A stretch of 64,000 nucleotides of DNA from a virus: positions 2,853 through 66,852 of the IMG/VR virus record IMGVR_UViG_3300009177_000036, one strand, 5' to 3'. The notes beneath the pieces are model-generated. The model was not told the DNA's origin and searched no databases. It saw only the letters and a list, made by a program, of their open reading frames with translations. Of this stretch, positions 46,116 through 55,866 are shown in pieces; positions within the stretch are counted from its first letter, which is position 1; each line of letters opens with the position of its first letter. The position numbers were made by a program, and so were the translations under genes.

Positions 46116-46504
46116 TCATTTATCAGAAAACCATTCTCCGGGCGGACCTAATGCGCAACCCCTCGGTGCTCTATATCTTCGGGGATAATGTTAAGCGCGA
46201 AGGGCTCGGGGGCCAAGCCTGGGAAATGCGGGGCGAGCCTAACGCCTTTGGCATCTGCACAAAGCGCGCGCCTGACAGTCGGGCCGAGTCCTATTTCAGC
46301 GATGATTCTGTCGATGATTTAATCCAAATTATCAACGACCTAAAGGCCTTACGAAAACATATTGATTGGGGTCTGGATGCCATTGTGTTTCCTGCAGATG
46401 GTATCGGTACGGGCCTATCGGACCTCCCGCAGAAAGCCCCTAGGCTTTGGGCATACCTGAATACCGAGCTTATGAAGTTTGGGATTGTAAATGCCCCGGG
46501 CTAG
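46112..46504 (+). CDS. Conserved phage protein (possible macro-like fold)
   Basis: YIFGDN....G.GGQA..MRGEPNA.GI.TK; P.DGIGTGL. Confidence 0.7.
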   Translation: MIIYQKTILRADLMRNPSVLYIFGDNVKREGLGGQAWEMRGEPNAFGICTKRAPDSRAESYFSDDSVDDLIQIINDLKALRKHIDWGLDAIVFPADGIGTGLSDLPQKAPRLWAYLNTELMKFGIVNAPG

Positions 46505-46842
46505 GGTCCCAAGGGTTCCGGCGCACCTGAAGCTAACGCCCATGGTGCCTCCCGGGTCCCCGGAGCCCAAACTCACACCCCTGGCTAAGGCCCAATTGAA
46601 AAGGCTTGCGGCGTTTCGAAAAAAGCGCTGGACATTGCGGTGGGCCTATGCTAATCCTGACAAATCACGTATCGACTTTTAGGGGACTTTCAATGACCAG
46701 TGAATATGAAAAAAAGCCTTGCCTTTGGTGCGCGCTATTGACAGTGTTGGTATTTGTTGTGATCTTTGGTAATCTTATTGAGTTGCTATTTAGTTTAGTT
46801 TAGCCCCGGCTAGCCGGGCACACCCCTTCTTAGGAGCACCCT

Positions 46843-48888
46843 ATGCAAATCAATACGGCCCGTCGGGAGGTTTCGTCCTCCGCCGACCTTCAACAGAATG
46901 ACTTCAGCATATCGATGGGGCCGGGGATGTTCAAAATCCTCACCTCGTCCATCTACTCTGATGTGCAGCGCATCGCCATGCAGGAGCCTATCTGCAACGC
47001 CATCGATGCCAACACTGCGGCGGACCGGCCCCTGGAGCCTGTGAAGGTCCACCTTCCCAATCGGCTGGAGCCGTTTTTCTCCGTCGAGGACGCGGGCCTG
47101 GGTATGTCCCATGACTTTGTGATGACCAATTACAACCGTTACGGGCACTCCACAAAGGCCGAGGACAACCAATCCATCGGGGGTTTCGGGCTGGGGTCTA
47201 AGGCCCCGCTCGCCTATACCGACACTTTCGAAGTCCATACCCGGCAGGCCGGGGAGGAACGCAAGTACGTAGCCTATATCGGGCAGGACGGCACCCCCTC
47301 AATCGCCCTTGTCTTCACTGGGCCTTGGGCCGGGGCCTCGGGGACTCTGGTCAAATTTCCTGTGAAAGGGGCCGACGTACAGAGCTTCCGGGAAAAGGCG
47401 GCGCGGAATTTCGCTTTCCTCACCCCTCAACCGGCATGGCCCCAGGGTTTCACAATTGAACAGCCGAAATATGTACTTAAGGGAAGTAACTGGGCTTTCC
47501 GTGAACGCTATTACCCAATGCCCGACAGGGCAGCCCACATTATCATGGGTGGCATCGCTTATCCCGTGAATGCGGAGAGCCTTGACAGTTCTGTCAAGAG
47601 GTTGGCCGCATTTCCTATACACATTACTGTACCTGTGGGGACCGTTGAGCCCTCAGTGTCCCGAAGTGAGCTTAACTATAATAAAGAAACTGTAGAAAAG
47701 CTTACCCAAATCTTTAAGCAAGTTCAGGCCGAGATTATCCAGAATATTGAGGCGGAAATTACCAAGTGCCCCACTTTGTGGCAGGCAATCGAAGCCTACA
47801 ATAAATTCTACACTAGTATGGGCTACGCTTGGTTTAGTGGCCAGAATGTTAAATGGAAGGGCCTTAACTGCATTGAGGGTATCATAGTAGAATTGAATAA
47901 ATTTCCGGGAGTCGATTTCGCCACCTATAGTAAGAGCTATTCCGGGTCGGGCATCGGCAAGATAGCCCCCTGGAAGTCAAGCTACTCAATGTGCCCCACC
48001 TATACCTACAGTCCTCGGGAGGGGGAGCGGACTATCTTTGTTTATGACGACCGGACCCACAAAAACCCGACCCGCGCCCTTCACGAACTTCTGGGCAAAC
48101 AGTCCTTTCGGCAGGTTTTCATTATGCGGGGTGGCTCCCTTGATGACCGGGCTCGTTTCATCGAAGCTCTGGGTAACCCCCCTGAAGTTATTGACCTGGG
48201 TTCCCTCCCGGCCATTGTTCGGGCTAAGCCTCAGAAAGTGCTGACCACAACCTTAACGTGTACTGTCTACAAAAACGGCACTAAACTACGGAATCAGATT
48301 GTAAATCTTTCTGAGGGCGGCGTCTACTTCATCGAGAGTCGAGGTACCATCACCGGATGGTATTCCTATGGCATTTTTCTAACCCAAGCAGCAAGCAATT
48401 CCTACTACTTTCCGGGTCCAGTCTATATCTTTCCGGCCTCGGCCCGGCGCAAATTAGCTAAGGCGGCGGGTTGGGTTACCGGGGAGACCTTCCTCCAGGA
48501 GCGCCATGAAAAGGCCACAATTGAAGAGGGTTTCGATTATGCAAAGGCCACCGTTGCCCAGAACACTTGTACTTGGATTGCTGAGACCCTTCATCTTGAG
48601 GGCCTGTACACTGAATGGCTGAAGGACCGCCTTTCGATATCCCGGGAATTTAATCAGCTAATGAAGTTAGTGGAGCAAAACCGCCCTGACTTTGAGACCC
48701 TAGAACATCGGCGCGTCGCTGAAATGCTGGGGCAGGCTACGGATGTAGAGTATGTCAGGGCAGGAAAAATCGAAGAGATTTGGCAGAAATTGCTTGACAA
48801 ACTCCCTTTGCTGCCGTACATTTCTCATAACACTCCCTCAGAACGCATTTTCAATTACGTAACGTCAACACTCCGCAGGAGAACCTAA
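46843..48888 (+). CDS. rIIA: rIIA-like protein (GHKL ATPase N-terminus)
   Basis: IYSD, E..CNA.DA, D.GLGM, STK, IGGFGLGSK. Confidence 0.9.
   Translation: MQINTARREVSSSADLQQNDFSISMGPGMFKILTSSIYSDVQRIAMQEPICNAIDANTAADRPLEPVKVHLPNRLEPFFSVEDAGLGMSHDFVMTNYNRYGHSTKAEDNQSIGGFGLGSKAPLAYTDTFEVHTRQAGEERKYVAYIGQDGTPSIALVFTGPWAGASGTLVKFPVKGADVQSFREKAARNFAFLTPQPAWPQGFTIEQPKYVLKGSNWAFRERYYPMPDRAAHIIMGGIAYPVNAESLDSSVKRLAAFPIHITVPVGTVEPSVSRSELNYNKETVEKLTQIFKQVQAEIIQNIEAEITKCPTLWQAIEAYNKFYTSMGYAWFSGQNVKWKGLNCIEGIIVELNKFPGVDFATYSKSYSGSGIGKIAPWKSSYSMCPTYTYSPREGERTIFVYDDRTHKNPTRALHELLGKQSFRQVFIMRGGSLDDRARFIEALGNPPEVIDLGSLPAIVRAKPQKVLTTTLTCTVYKNGTKLRNQIVNLSEGGVYFIESRGTITGWYSYGIFLTQAASNSYYFPGPVYIFPASARRKLAKAAGWVTGETFLQERHEKATIEEGFDYAKATVAQNTCTWIAETLHLEGLYTEWLKDRLSISREFNQLMKLVEQNRPDFETLEHRRVAEMLGQATDVEYVRAGKIEEIWQKLLDKLPLLPYISHNTPSERIFNYVTSTLRRRT
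48794..48822 (+). promoter_or_regulatory. Internal sigma70 promoter for rIIB, TTGACA-17-TACATT
   Basis: Inside the 3' end of rIIA. Confidence 0.6.
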
Positions 48889-49707
48889 ATGACCGGCATT
48901 CCCCCACACATCTACACCCCCACCTCCCTAACTGTTGTTATCGACGGCGTCCCCTACACCAGCAACGAGGGCCAATCCACCTTCAAAGCAGCGGTCGATG
49001 CGTTTAAACAGGGCCACTACTCCGACATTCCGGGCCTATGTGATGTCGCCTCGGCCATCACTCAATTCGCAGGCCACGCGGGCATCTTGGTCCAGGACGG
49101 CGAAGTCTCTTACTGGGGAGAGGTCCTGTCGGGTTATGCTATCGACCGTATCCTGGCCCTTCAGGCCGAGGGTTTCGATATTGCCCCCATGGCTAAGTTC
49201 CTTGAGAACCTGATGGAGAACCCCTCGAAGCGGGCGGTCGACCATCTGTGGGCTTTCATGGAAAAGGGCTCGATGCCGATTACCTCCGACGGGTACTTCT
49301 TGGCCTACAAGCGGGTCCAGGAAGACTATAAGGATATACATTCGGGCACTGTAGATTATACCCCCGGGAACATTGTCGAGCAGGCCCGGAATACCGTCGA
49401 CGAGGACCCGGACCGCACCTGTAGCCATGGCCTGCATGCCTGCTCTCTCGATTATCTGCAGCACTTCGGCGGGGCCCGCACCGTCATTGTTAAGATCAAC
49501 CCCCGGGACGTTGTGGCCATCCCCCGAGACTACAATGATGCCAAGCTCCGGGCCTGCCTAATGGAAGTTGTGGGCGAGATCGAAAACACAACTAATGGCA
49601 CCAAGGCCTTCCACCACAGTGTCCAGGACTGGGGGCGTGATGAGTTTGGTTATTCGGAAGGAGCCTTTTACGAGGAGAATGGTTATTACGATTATGACTT
49701 TGACTAA
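48889..49707 (+). CDS. rIIB: rIIB-like protein
   Basis: NPS, IT.DG.FLAYK, CSHGLH, VKINPRDVVAIP.DY...K.R.C. Confidence 0.92.
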   Translation: MTGIPPHIYTPTSLTVVIDGVPYTSNEGQSTFKAAVDAFKQGHYSDIPGLCDVASAITQFAGHAGILVQDGEVSYWGEVLSGYAIDRILALQAEGFDIAPMAKFLENLMENPSKRAVDHLWAFMEKGSMPITSDGYFLAYKRVQEDYKDIHSGTVDYTPGNIVEQARNTVDEDPDRTCSHGLHACSLDYLQHFGGARTVIVKINPRDVVAIPRDYNDAKLRACLMEVVGEIENTTNGTKAFHHSVQDWGRDEFGYSEGAFYEENGYYDYDFD

Positions 49708-49819
49708 CTGAGCGAAGCTCAGGGGCGGCACCCTAAGGGGCCAATACGGCAAATCGCTCACGTATTTTCAGGGGTGTGGATACTGAGCGCCGCCTCGCTA
49801 CGCGAATAGGATTGATCAA

Positions 49820-50461
49820 ATGAATTATGATGAAGCTTGGGCCATTATTGGTGGCTTGTCTGCCCCGAGTAAAATGCCCTGGTATTCTTGGAGCATCGAT
49901 GCCCGTCTTTGCAAGACTGGAGGTAAGCTCCACGAAGTTGAAGGGTCCGTCTGTGAGAAATGCTATGCCCTCCGGAATAATTACAATTTCCCCGTAGTTA
50001 AAAATGCTCAAGCTCGGCGGCTCGCAGGCTCGATCCATGAGGATTTCGTCCCGGCCTTCATTTTGGTTCTGAAAACCCTTTTTGGGCGAAGCAAGGGGGA
50101 GAACCGGTTCCGGTGGTTCGATGCCGGAGACCTTCAGGACGTTAAGATGTTGGAGAAAATCCGCACCATTGCCCTAGCGACCCCGGAGATCGTGCATTAT
50201 CTGCCCACAAAGGAACCGGGCATCATAGCTAAGGCCCTCAAAAAAGGCCCCTTCCCGCCTAACCTGATTGTCCGTATCTCCAACCCTATGGTGGGTCAGA
50301 CCTTCAAAGCGCCGCCCATGGGCCTGTCCTATAGCACCGTAGGGGTTAGCTCGGCCCAGGACTCCTCAGTCTTTCACTGCCCGGTTTCACAGCAGGGAAA
50401 TAAGTGCTTGACATGTAGGGCCTGTTGGGAGCATATGAACATCAACTATCACATTCACTAA
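49820..50461 (+). CDS. Gp88-like (radical-SAM-related) protein
   Basis: SKMP..S, C..G, C..CYA, FRWFDAGDL, C..CRACW. Confidence 0.75.
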   Translation: MNYDEAWAIIGGLSAPSKMPWYSWSIDARLCKTGGKLHEVEGSVCEKCYALRNNYNFPVVKNAQARRLAGSIHEDFVPAFILVLKTLFGRSKGENRFRWFDAGDLQDVKMLEKIRTIALATPEIVHYLPTKEPGIIAKALKKGPFPPNLIVRISNPMVGQTFKAPPMGLSYSTVGVSSAQDSSVFHCPVSQQGNKCLTCRACWEHMNINYHIH

Positions 50462-50475
50462 GTGGAGCTTAGACC

Positions 50476-50826
50476 ATGATCGAAGAGATTGCTAATCAGC
50501 GTATGGATCCCGAGGCCAAAGCTAAGTGGATTGAGGCCCTTCGCTCGGGAATATATCCCCAAACCCAGAAGATTCTTCGCAATGATGAGGGCTTCTGTTG
50601 CTTAGGGGTGGCCTGTGATGTTTTCGGGGCAAGGTGGAAGCCTGCAAGGAGTTCGGACAGTTCATATTTTGCCGTAGCTAAAGGGGAAGCTCAATCTGCG
50701 ATCATACCTACACCTATCCGAGATAAAATCGGATTGGGTGCCGATGATGAGTGGACCCTTACCCGAATTAATGACAACGGACATAGTTTCGCAGAGATCG
50801 CCGACTGGATTGAGGCCAACCTATGA
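50476..50826 (+). CDS. Hypothetical conserved phage protein
   Basis: W..ALRSG.Y.Q, FCCLGV.CD, ND..SF.EIADWIE. Confidence 0.75.
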   Translation: MIEEIANQRMDPEAKAKWIEALRSGIYPQTQKILRNDEGFCCLGVACDVFGARWKPARSSDSSYFAVAKGEAQSAIIPTPIRDKIGLGADDEWTLTRINDNGHSFAEIADWIEANL

Positions 50827-51050
50827 CTTTTGTAGGTAGGCAATATGCAGCGAATGTCTTAACACGTGCAGCGCGATTGATCATTGTTGAAGTTGCTTCC
50901 CTACGTAGTTCGGCGAAAGTATACAGAGAGCGCGGCGACCCAAGTTCGTATTGGGACGATATCGAGTGCGCCCTGATTAAGTTGGAAGATGCTGAAGATG
51001 GGATGCAAAAGCTAATTAATAATGTGTGGAATGAAAATCATGACCATTAG
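50823..51050 (+). CDS. Hypothetical protein
   Basis: Coupled ORF. Confidence 0.5.
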   Translation: MTFVGRQYAANVLTRAARLIIVEVASLRSSAKVYRERGDPSSYWDDIECALIKLEDAEDGMQKLINNVWNENHDH

Positions 51051-51957
51051 TTTGAACATTGTTATATTCGATATCGACGGGACCCTGGCCAACTGCGACC
51101 ATCGCCTCCACTATGTGCAGAATGGCAACACGGATTGGTTGAGTTTCTTCGAGACCATGTACAATGACACGCCCTACCCGAATGTTGTCAAACTCCTGCA
51201 CTCGCTGGCCGAGAAGAACGTTATCATTTTGACCACGGGCCGCCCCGAGGATCACCGCTCGGTGACTGTGGAATGGCTCGCCAAGCACGGTATCCCATAC
51301 ACTGATCTGTTCATGCGGCCCTCGGAAGATTACCGGCCCGACCATGAGATCAAGCGGGAAATGCTTGAGGAAATCCGCAAAATCTACGGGGAGCCCTGGT
51401 TTGTAGTGGACGACCGGGACAGTGTGGTCAAAATGTGGCGGACCGAGGGTCTGACTTGTCTTCAAGCCGCGACCTGGGCCGACCGGCGTACCAAGGTGCG
51501 GGAAGGAACCCTTATTCTGATGGTGGGCCCCTCCGGGGCTGGCAAGAGCACATGGCTGATTGACAATAGTCGGGGTTATGTTATTTCTTCCGATGAAATG
51601 CGCTATGAACTCACTGGAAATTTCCAAGACCAGTCCCAGAATGAGGCGGTTTTCGACGCCGTTCACGATTTGGCCCGGACCCGACTTCGCCATGGGCTAG
51701 ACACCGTAATCGACGCCACCCATCTCCGGCGAAAGGACCGGCTCGCTAGTGTTGCATGTGCCGAGGGCGGTCCCGTCAAGTACATTGTAATCGACCGGCC
51801 CATGGAAGATAAGCGGCGGGACGGGGGCTGGCGCAACGCGCTGGACTTCGACCTTATCGGCAAGCACGACCAAACTTTCCGCAGCCAACTGAAAGACATC
51901 CTGGCCGGCGACGGCCTTCCCAATGTAACCGTTCGAGATCTGAGGATCACAGAATGA
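51031..51957 (+). CDS. pseT: Polynucleotide kinase/3'-phosphatase (phosphatase-kinase order)
   Basis: DIDGTL, TGRP, VDDR HAD motifs; GPSGAGKST, ISSD..R, IDAT; start approximate. Confidence 0.85.
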   Translation: MKIMTISLNIVIFDIDGTLANCDHRLHYVQNGNTDWLSFFETMYNDTPYPNVVKLLHSLAEKNVIILTTGRPEDHRSVTVEWLAKHGIPYTDLFMRPSEDYRPDHEIKREMLEEIRKIYGEPWFVVDDRDSVVKMWRTEGLTCLQAATWADRRTKVREGTLILMVGPSGAGKSTWLIDNSRGYVISSDEMRYELTGNFQDQSQNEAVFDAVHDLARTRLRHGLDTVIDATHLRRKDRLASVACAEGGPVKYIVIDRPMEDKRRDGGWRNALDFDLIGKHDQTFRSQLKDILAGDGLPNVTVRDLRITE

Positions 51958-52181
51958 CCATCACAACAGAGCAGCTTGGATTTAACAAGGCCAATTTACG
52001 GACAGCAAATTTAGCCCCGATGGTGGCCGTTAGTGGCTCTAACACGGCCCATTATTTCACCTTGGGATGGGGCGAGAAAGAGCTTAGGTATGCTTGGTAT
52101 ATTGAGGACCTAGAAGAGGGCATCGATTTCTTTAAAGTCCTTATTGCCGAACTACGCCGCCGCCAGGAGACCTCCAGATGA
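51954..52181 (+). CDS. Hypothetical protein
   Basis: Coupled ORF. Confidence 0.5.
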   Translation: MTITTEQLGFNKANLRTANLAPMVAVSGSNTAHYFTLGWGEKELRYAWYIEDLEEGIDFFKVLIAELRRRQETSR

Positions 52182-52278
52182 CCAAAGAGTGGGAAGTTTT
52201 CTGGACGGTCTACACCATAACCATCGGGATATACATTCTATTTCTGTATATCCGAACCTTCTGGATAGGTAAGTAGCC

Positions 52279-53412
52279 ATGACCCGGCACCCGGCCTATG
52301 ACTATACATACGAGGACCTTCTCCAGGGACTGCTAGTGGGCCGGGATGCGGGCCTAATCTCCATGCGCCGTCTCGGGGACCTGGAGCAGTTTACCTATAC
52401 CCGCGAGTGCCAATACAGCAAAAGCTGGAACCCCTTCACAATTATGGCGCGCGGCCTAATTATAGATACACAACTTAAGCGAGTGGTGGGCGCGCCCTTC
52501 CCTAAATTCTTCAATTTCGGGGAGCAGGCGGAGCTTGTCATTCCGGACGAGCCCTTCGAGGCCACGGAGAAGTACGATGGTTCTCTGATCATTATCTTCT
52601 GGCATCAGGGGGAATGGCTCACCGCGACCAAGGGCTCCTTCGATAGCAGTCAAGCCCGGGCAGCGGGAGTGCTCCTCCGGAATTCCGGGACTATGGGGCT
52701 CACGGCGGGCTTCACCTATCTCTGTGAGTATGTCGCGCCTCACAACAAGATAGTCATCTCCTATCCCCAAGAAAAGCTTGTACTTCTTGGGGGGTATGAC
52801 TGCTTCGGGGTGGAATTGACGCGGGCTTGGTTGGAGAAGGTGGCGAGCGCCCAGGGATGGGACCTTGCCCAGGTACATGAGTTCCCCAGCATCCAACATG
52901 CCGCTTCGCGGGCCGAGCAGCTTCCTGCCTCGGAAGAGGGCTATGTCCTGCGCTTCCAGAGTGGCCTACGGCTGAAGATCAAGGGGGCCGAGTACCGTCG
53001 AGTGCATTCCCTTATCTCCCGGGTCACACCCCTCGCTATCTGGGAAGCTCTAGCAGCCCGAGATAATATGAACCTGCTGCGTCAGCAACTCCCCGAGGAA
53101 TTCTGGACCGACTTCGATACCATACATGCTATCCTTTTCTCGAATATGATGGAGTTGTTGACCATAGTTCAGACTTGGGGTTTCAGTGTGCAACATTTGT
53201 CCGACAAGGAACTGGGGTTGGCTCTGCCAACTATCCCGCCCCCGGTCTGTCAATTCATGTTCCCGTTTCGGAAGTGCGGGTCTATTATGGGTATGCTGGC
53301 CAACGATAAGACTCGGAAGGGGCTCTTCCGGCATATTAGACCAACTGGCAATATATTGGATGGGTGGGTGCCGAGCTACGCCTTCAAGCAAGTACAGGAG
53401 AACGAGGAATGA
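52279..53412 (+). CDS. T4 Rnl1-type RNA ligase
   Basis: ARGLI, PFPKFFN, EKYDGS, ATKGSF, EGYVL, KIKG.EY. Confidence 0.92.
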   Translation: MTRHPAYDYTYEDLLQGLLVGRDAGLISMRRLGDLEQFTYTRECQYSKSWNPFTIMARGLIIDTQLKRVVGAPFPKFFNFGEQAELVIPDEPFEATEKYDGSLIIIFWHQGEWLTATKGSFDSSQARAAGVLLRNSGTMGLTAGFTYLCEYVAPHNKIVISYPQEKLVLLGGYDCFGVELTRAWLEKVASAQGWDLAQVHEFPSIQHAASRAEQLPASEEGYVLRFQSGLRLKIKGAEYRRVHSLISRVTPLAIWEALAARDNMNLLRQQLPEEFWTDFDTIHAILFSNMMELLTIVQTWGFSVQHLSDKELGLALPTIPPPVCQFMFPFRKCGSIMGMLANDKTRKGLFRHIRPTGNILDGWVPSYAFKQVQENEE

Positions 53413-53560
53413 ATTGCCCTAAATGCAAATCAAAAAATCTTGTATTTAATTCAGCATTTAGCTATGAGAATGGGGTCGGGGCTATTTACAATTGTTCTGA
53501 TTGTGGGTATTGTTGGGACGAAGATGATCGCAGTATGTGGGAATCCGAGGAGAATGAGGA

Positions 53561-53827
53561 ATGAAGATTTCAGGGATTAAGGAAAATCCTACCACCTGGG
53601 AAACCTCAGACGGGAGTATATTCCACTCCAAACTCAGGGCTCAGCAGCATGCTAGGAAATTGGGAGTCGAAAAGGACTTGCAGAAATTGACGGGGGCCAT
53701 AATTATAGGGGTTTCCTACTTTCCCGAGGGTGGGGGCTCATACTCTATTTCGCTGGAGGACGGGCGCACAATCTACATTTCGTCCAGTGGTGAAGCCGCT
53801 TACACAATCTTTGGCATAGTGGGATGA
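53561..53827 (+). CDS. Hypothetical protein
   Basis: Coupled ORF. Confidence 0.5.
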   Translation: MKISGIKENPTTWETSDGSIFHSKLRAQQHARKLGVEKDLQKLTGAIIIGVSYFPEGGGSYSISLEDGRTIYISSSGEAAYTIFGIVG

Positions 53828-54231
53828 TCATGATTAAACATATCGAAGATATTGCAGTAATGCCTGGAGTTGTAATCACTCCATGTGGGTCTCGTGTCAC
53901 GTGTAACCCACCGGTCCTCGATACGGACGCAGATTATTTGGTTTTTGTTTGCCCAACATTTGAAAAGAGTGCCAACAATTGTTTGAGTGATCTGGTGAAA
54001 TATTTTGATCAAAATGGATTTATATGGGAAGGCTCTGAACACTATCAAGATATGTCTGAGAATAGCTTCACATCCTGGAGAAAGGATAACATCAATTTGA
54101 TAGTCACTAAAAATTATAATTTCTGTAAGAATCATATTAACGCAACGGCGTTATGCAAAGCCCTTAATCTACTGGATAAGAGAGATCGTGTTACGGTGTT
54201 TCAAGCTATCTTGTACGGGAGTTTTCCTTAA
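53824..54231 (+). CDS. Pol-beta-like nucleotidyltransferase
   Basis: GSR...DTDADYLV motif; AT-rich gene. Confidence 0.65.
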   Translation: MIMIKHIEDIAVMPGVVITPCGSRVTCNPPVLDTDADYLVFVCPTFEKSANNCLSDLVKYFDQNGFIWEGSEHYQDMSENSFTSWRKDNINLIVTKNYNFCKNHINATALCKALNLLDKRDRVTVFQAILYGSFP

Positions 54232-54440
54232 TGAGGTTGGGGAATTTGATTAAGGGCCTTCAGCTTATTGAGAAATATGAGGGGGCCGGGGCCTATTGCA
54301 TGAATGCGGTCAACGATCAGATGTTTGTGGGGGACTACACTAAGTTCAGCCCCGAGGACCGGGACGAGATGTTCAAGCTGGGCTGGATTGAGACTATGGA
54401 AACTGATTGGGCCGAGCCCCAGTGGAGCGCTTACCTGTAG
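54231..54440 (+). CDS. Hypothetical protein
   Basis: Coupled ORF. Confidence 0.55.
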   Translation: MRLGNLIKGLQLIEKYEGAGAYCMNAVNDQMFVGDYTKFSPEDRDEMFKLGWIETMETDWAEPQWSAYL

Positions 54441-54475
54441 GGATGGGGGCCAGCCGAAGCCAGCCCCCGCACCTA

Positions 54476-54766
54476 TTAGACTGCCGACAGGACGACGCTA
54501 TCCGGAAACAGATCGACTACAACGTCTAGGGTTCCGGTGACAGTGTCGCTGCCCCGGGTAGCGGTGAACGTAATAGTTGCAGGACCGTTGGCCACACCCG
54601 TAAAGGTTGCCGAGAGGCCATCGTCCGAGGGGGTCAGGACCAGGACTGCCGGGTCGGAGACGGCCCAGACGAAGGTCGCGCCCTGAGGTGCAGCAACGGA
54701 GACGCCCTTAAGGGCAAAGGCTACGGAGACGGTGTGGGCCGAGAGGTCGCGAAGGTCAAACGCCAT
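54476..54766 (-). CDS. Single Ig-like (Big_2-like) domain protein
   Basis: AGGAG RBS; W.VSDPAV..L, G.A.G.ATITFT. Confidence 0.7.
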   Translation of the reverse strand: MAFDLRDLSAHTVSVAFALKGVSVAAPQGATFVWAVSDPAVLVLTPSDDGLSATFTGVANGPATITFTATRGSDTVTGTLDVVVDLFPDSVVLSAV

Positions 54767-54933
54767 GTGGGAACTCCTGAAAATAAGGTTATCGAACACA
54801 AAAAACGCCTTGACTTTGGGCTGGAAAAGGCGGAAGATGCAACATCGAGGGCAGTGCATGGACTCTCCTGGGCTTGCCCGGCGAAGCACGCACCCCGGGT
54901 AGCTTATAGATTGTATCAAAGCTAAGGGGCCGA

Positions 54934-55152
54934 GTGCAAGTTATTGTGAGGAATGAGATGGATATTAGGGAACTTAAGGATTTGTTGACGGGATTTCAAC
55001 GGGTGCTGGAGATGATCCCGGCTCGGGCGTTTGCCCTGTTTCGGAAAGACAATGGGGACTATATGTTGACGGGCGGGCCGATAACAGTGGGCCCTGGGAC
55101 CTTGGAGTTTTGCATGATTGAACTGTACAATAAGCTAGGGGAGTTGAAATGA
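54934..55152 (+). CDS. Hypothetical protein
   Basis: ORF. Confidence 0.45.
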   Translation: MQVIVRNEMDIRELKDLLTGFQRVLEMIPARAFALFRKDNGDYMLTGGPITVGPGTLEFCMIELYNKLGELK

Positions 55153-55352
55153 GCGAAGTTCTAGAGGAAGCCATTCAGCGTCTGGACCAGCTTAAGACAG
55201 CGGAGGCTAAGGTACGCCTGTTGGCGGGGCTGATGTTGGATGAAATGGAGGGGTGTGGGATTTCCGTTCTAGGATATCGGGCCTCATTGGAGTTCTTCAT
55301 TTCGACGGCTTTCCGGCAGGAACGGGCAAAGCTGCCCCTGGCAACGGAGTGA
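55149..55352 (+). CDS. Hypothetical protein
   Basis: GGAG RBS, coupled. Confidence 0.55.
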   Translation: MSEVLEEAIQRLDQLKTAEAKVRLLAGLMLDEMEGCGISVLGYRASLEFFISTAFRQERAKLPLATE

Positions 55353-55616
55353 AGCGGGTGGAGAAAGAGGTTGTGGAGTATGAGGGGGACTGCCTTCATT
55401 GCATGATCCTAAAGATTGCCGGAGAGTCCAGGGATGCCGTTGAGTATAGAGGGTATGTTATGGACGTAGTTCAGGCCCTCGCCCAGATGCTCAAGGAAGA
55501 AGAGGATGCTACGGTGGATGCAGTCCTAAGGGATGTTAAGAAGGTTTGGGAGTCTGTGAAAGACGAGGCTCAGGATTCAGTGTTCGAGGGAATTGATATG
55601 AAGAAGGTCAATTGAG

Positions 55617-55796
55617 ATGCTTAGCATTGATCACATTGATATTCTAGACATTGCCGCAGATAGGTATATTGAGGCCCTGGGGCGGATCAATTGGGATAAG
55701 TTGGAGCCCAGTGAGATAAAGGCGCTGATGAACAGGACGAAGATGTTAAATGAGGCCCGTGAGATTCTGGCCCAGCTTGTGGTAGAATCCTGTTGA
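55617..55796 (+). CDS. Hypothetical protein (59 aa)
   Basis: Packed ORF. Confidence 0.5.
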   Translation: MLSIDHIDILDIAADRYIEALGRINWDKLEPSEIKALMNRTKMLNEAREILAQLVVESC

Positions 55797-55821
55797 CAAT
55801 TCTAACCAGGGCTGCTATAAT
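55793..55821 (+). promoter_or_regulatory. Consensus sigma70 promoter TTGACA-17-TATAAT
   Basis: Perfect consensus with TGn; heads the replication module. Confidence 0.85.
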
Positions 55822-55866
55822 TTTTATGATGTGCTTCGCTGGAAGCTGTGTCGGAGGGATTTTCAA

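Noticed and set aside
49722-49800. Cloverleaf-like 75-nt element read as a tRNA, or as SAM-II on the minus strand
   Set aside because: No TTC T-loop or 7-nt anticodon loop; the SAM-II 3' GCTAAA element is missing.
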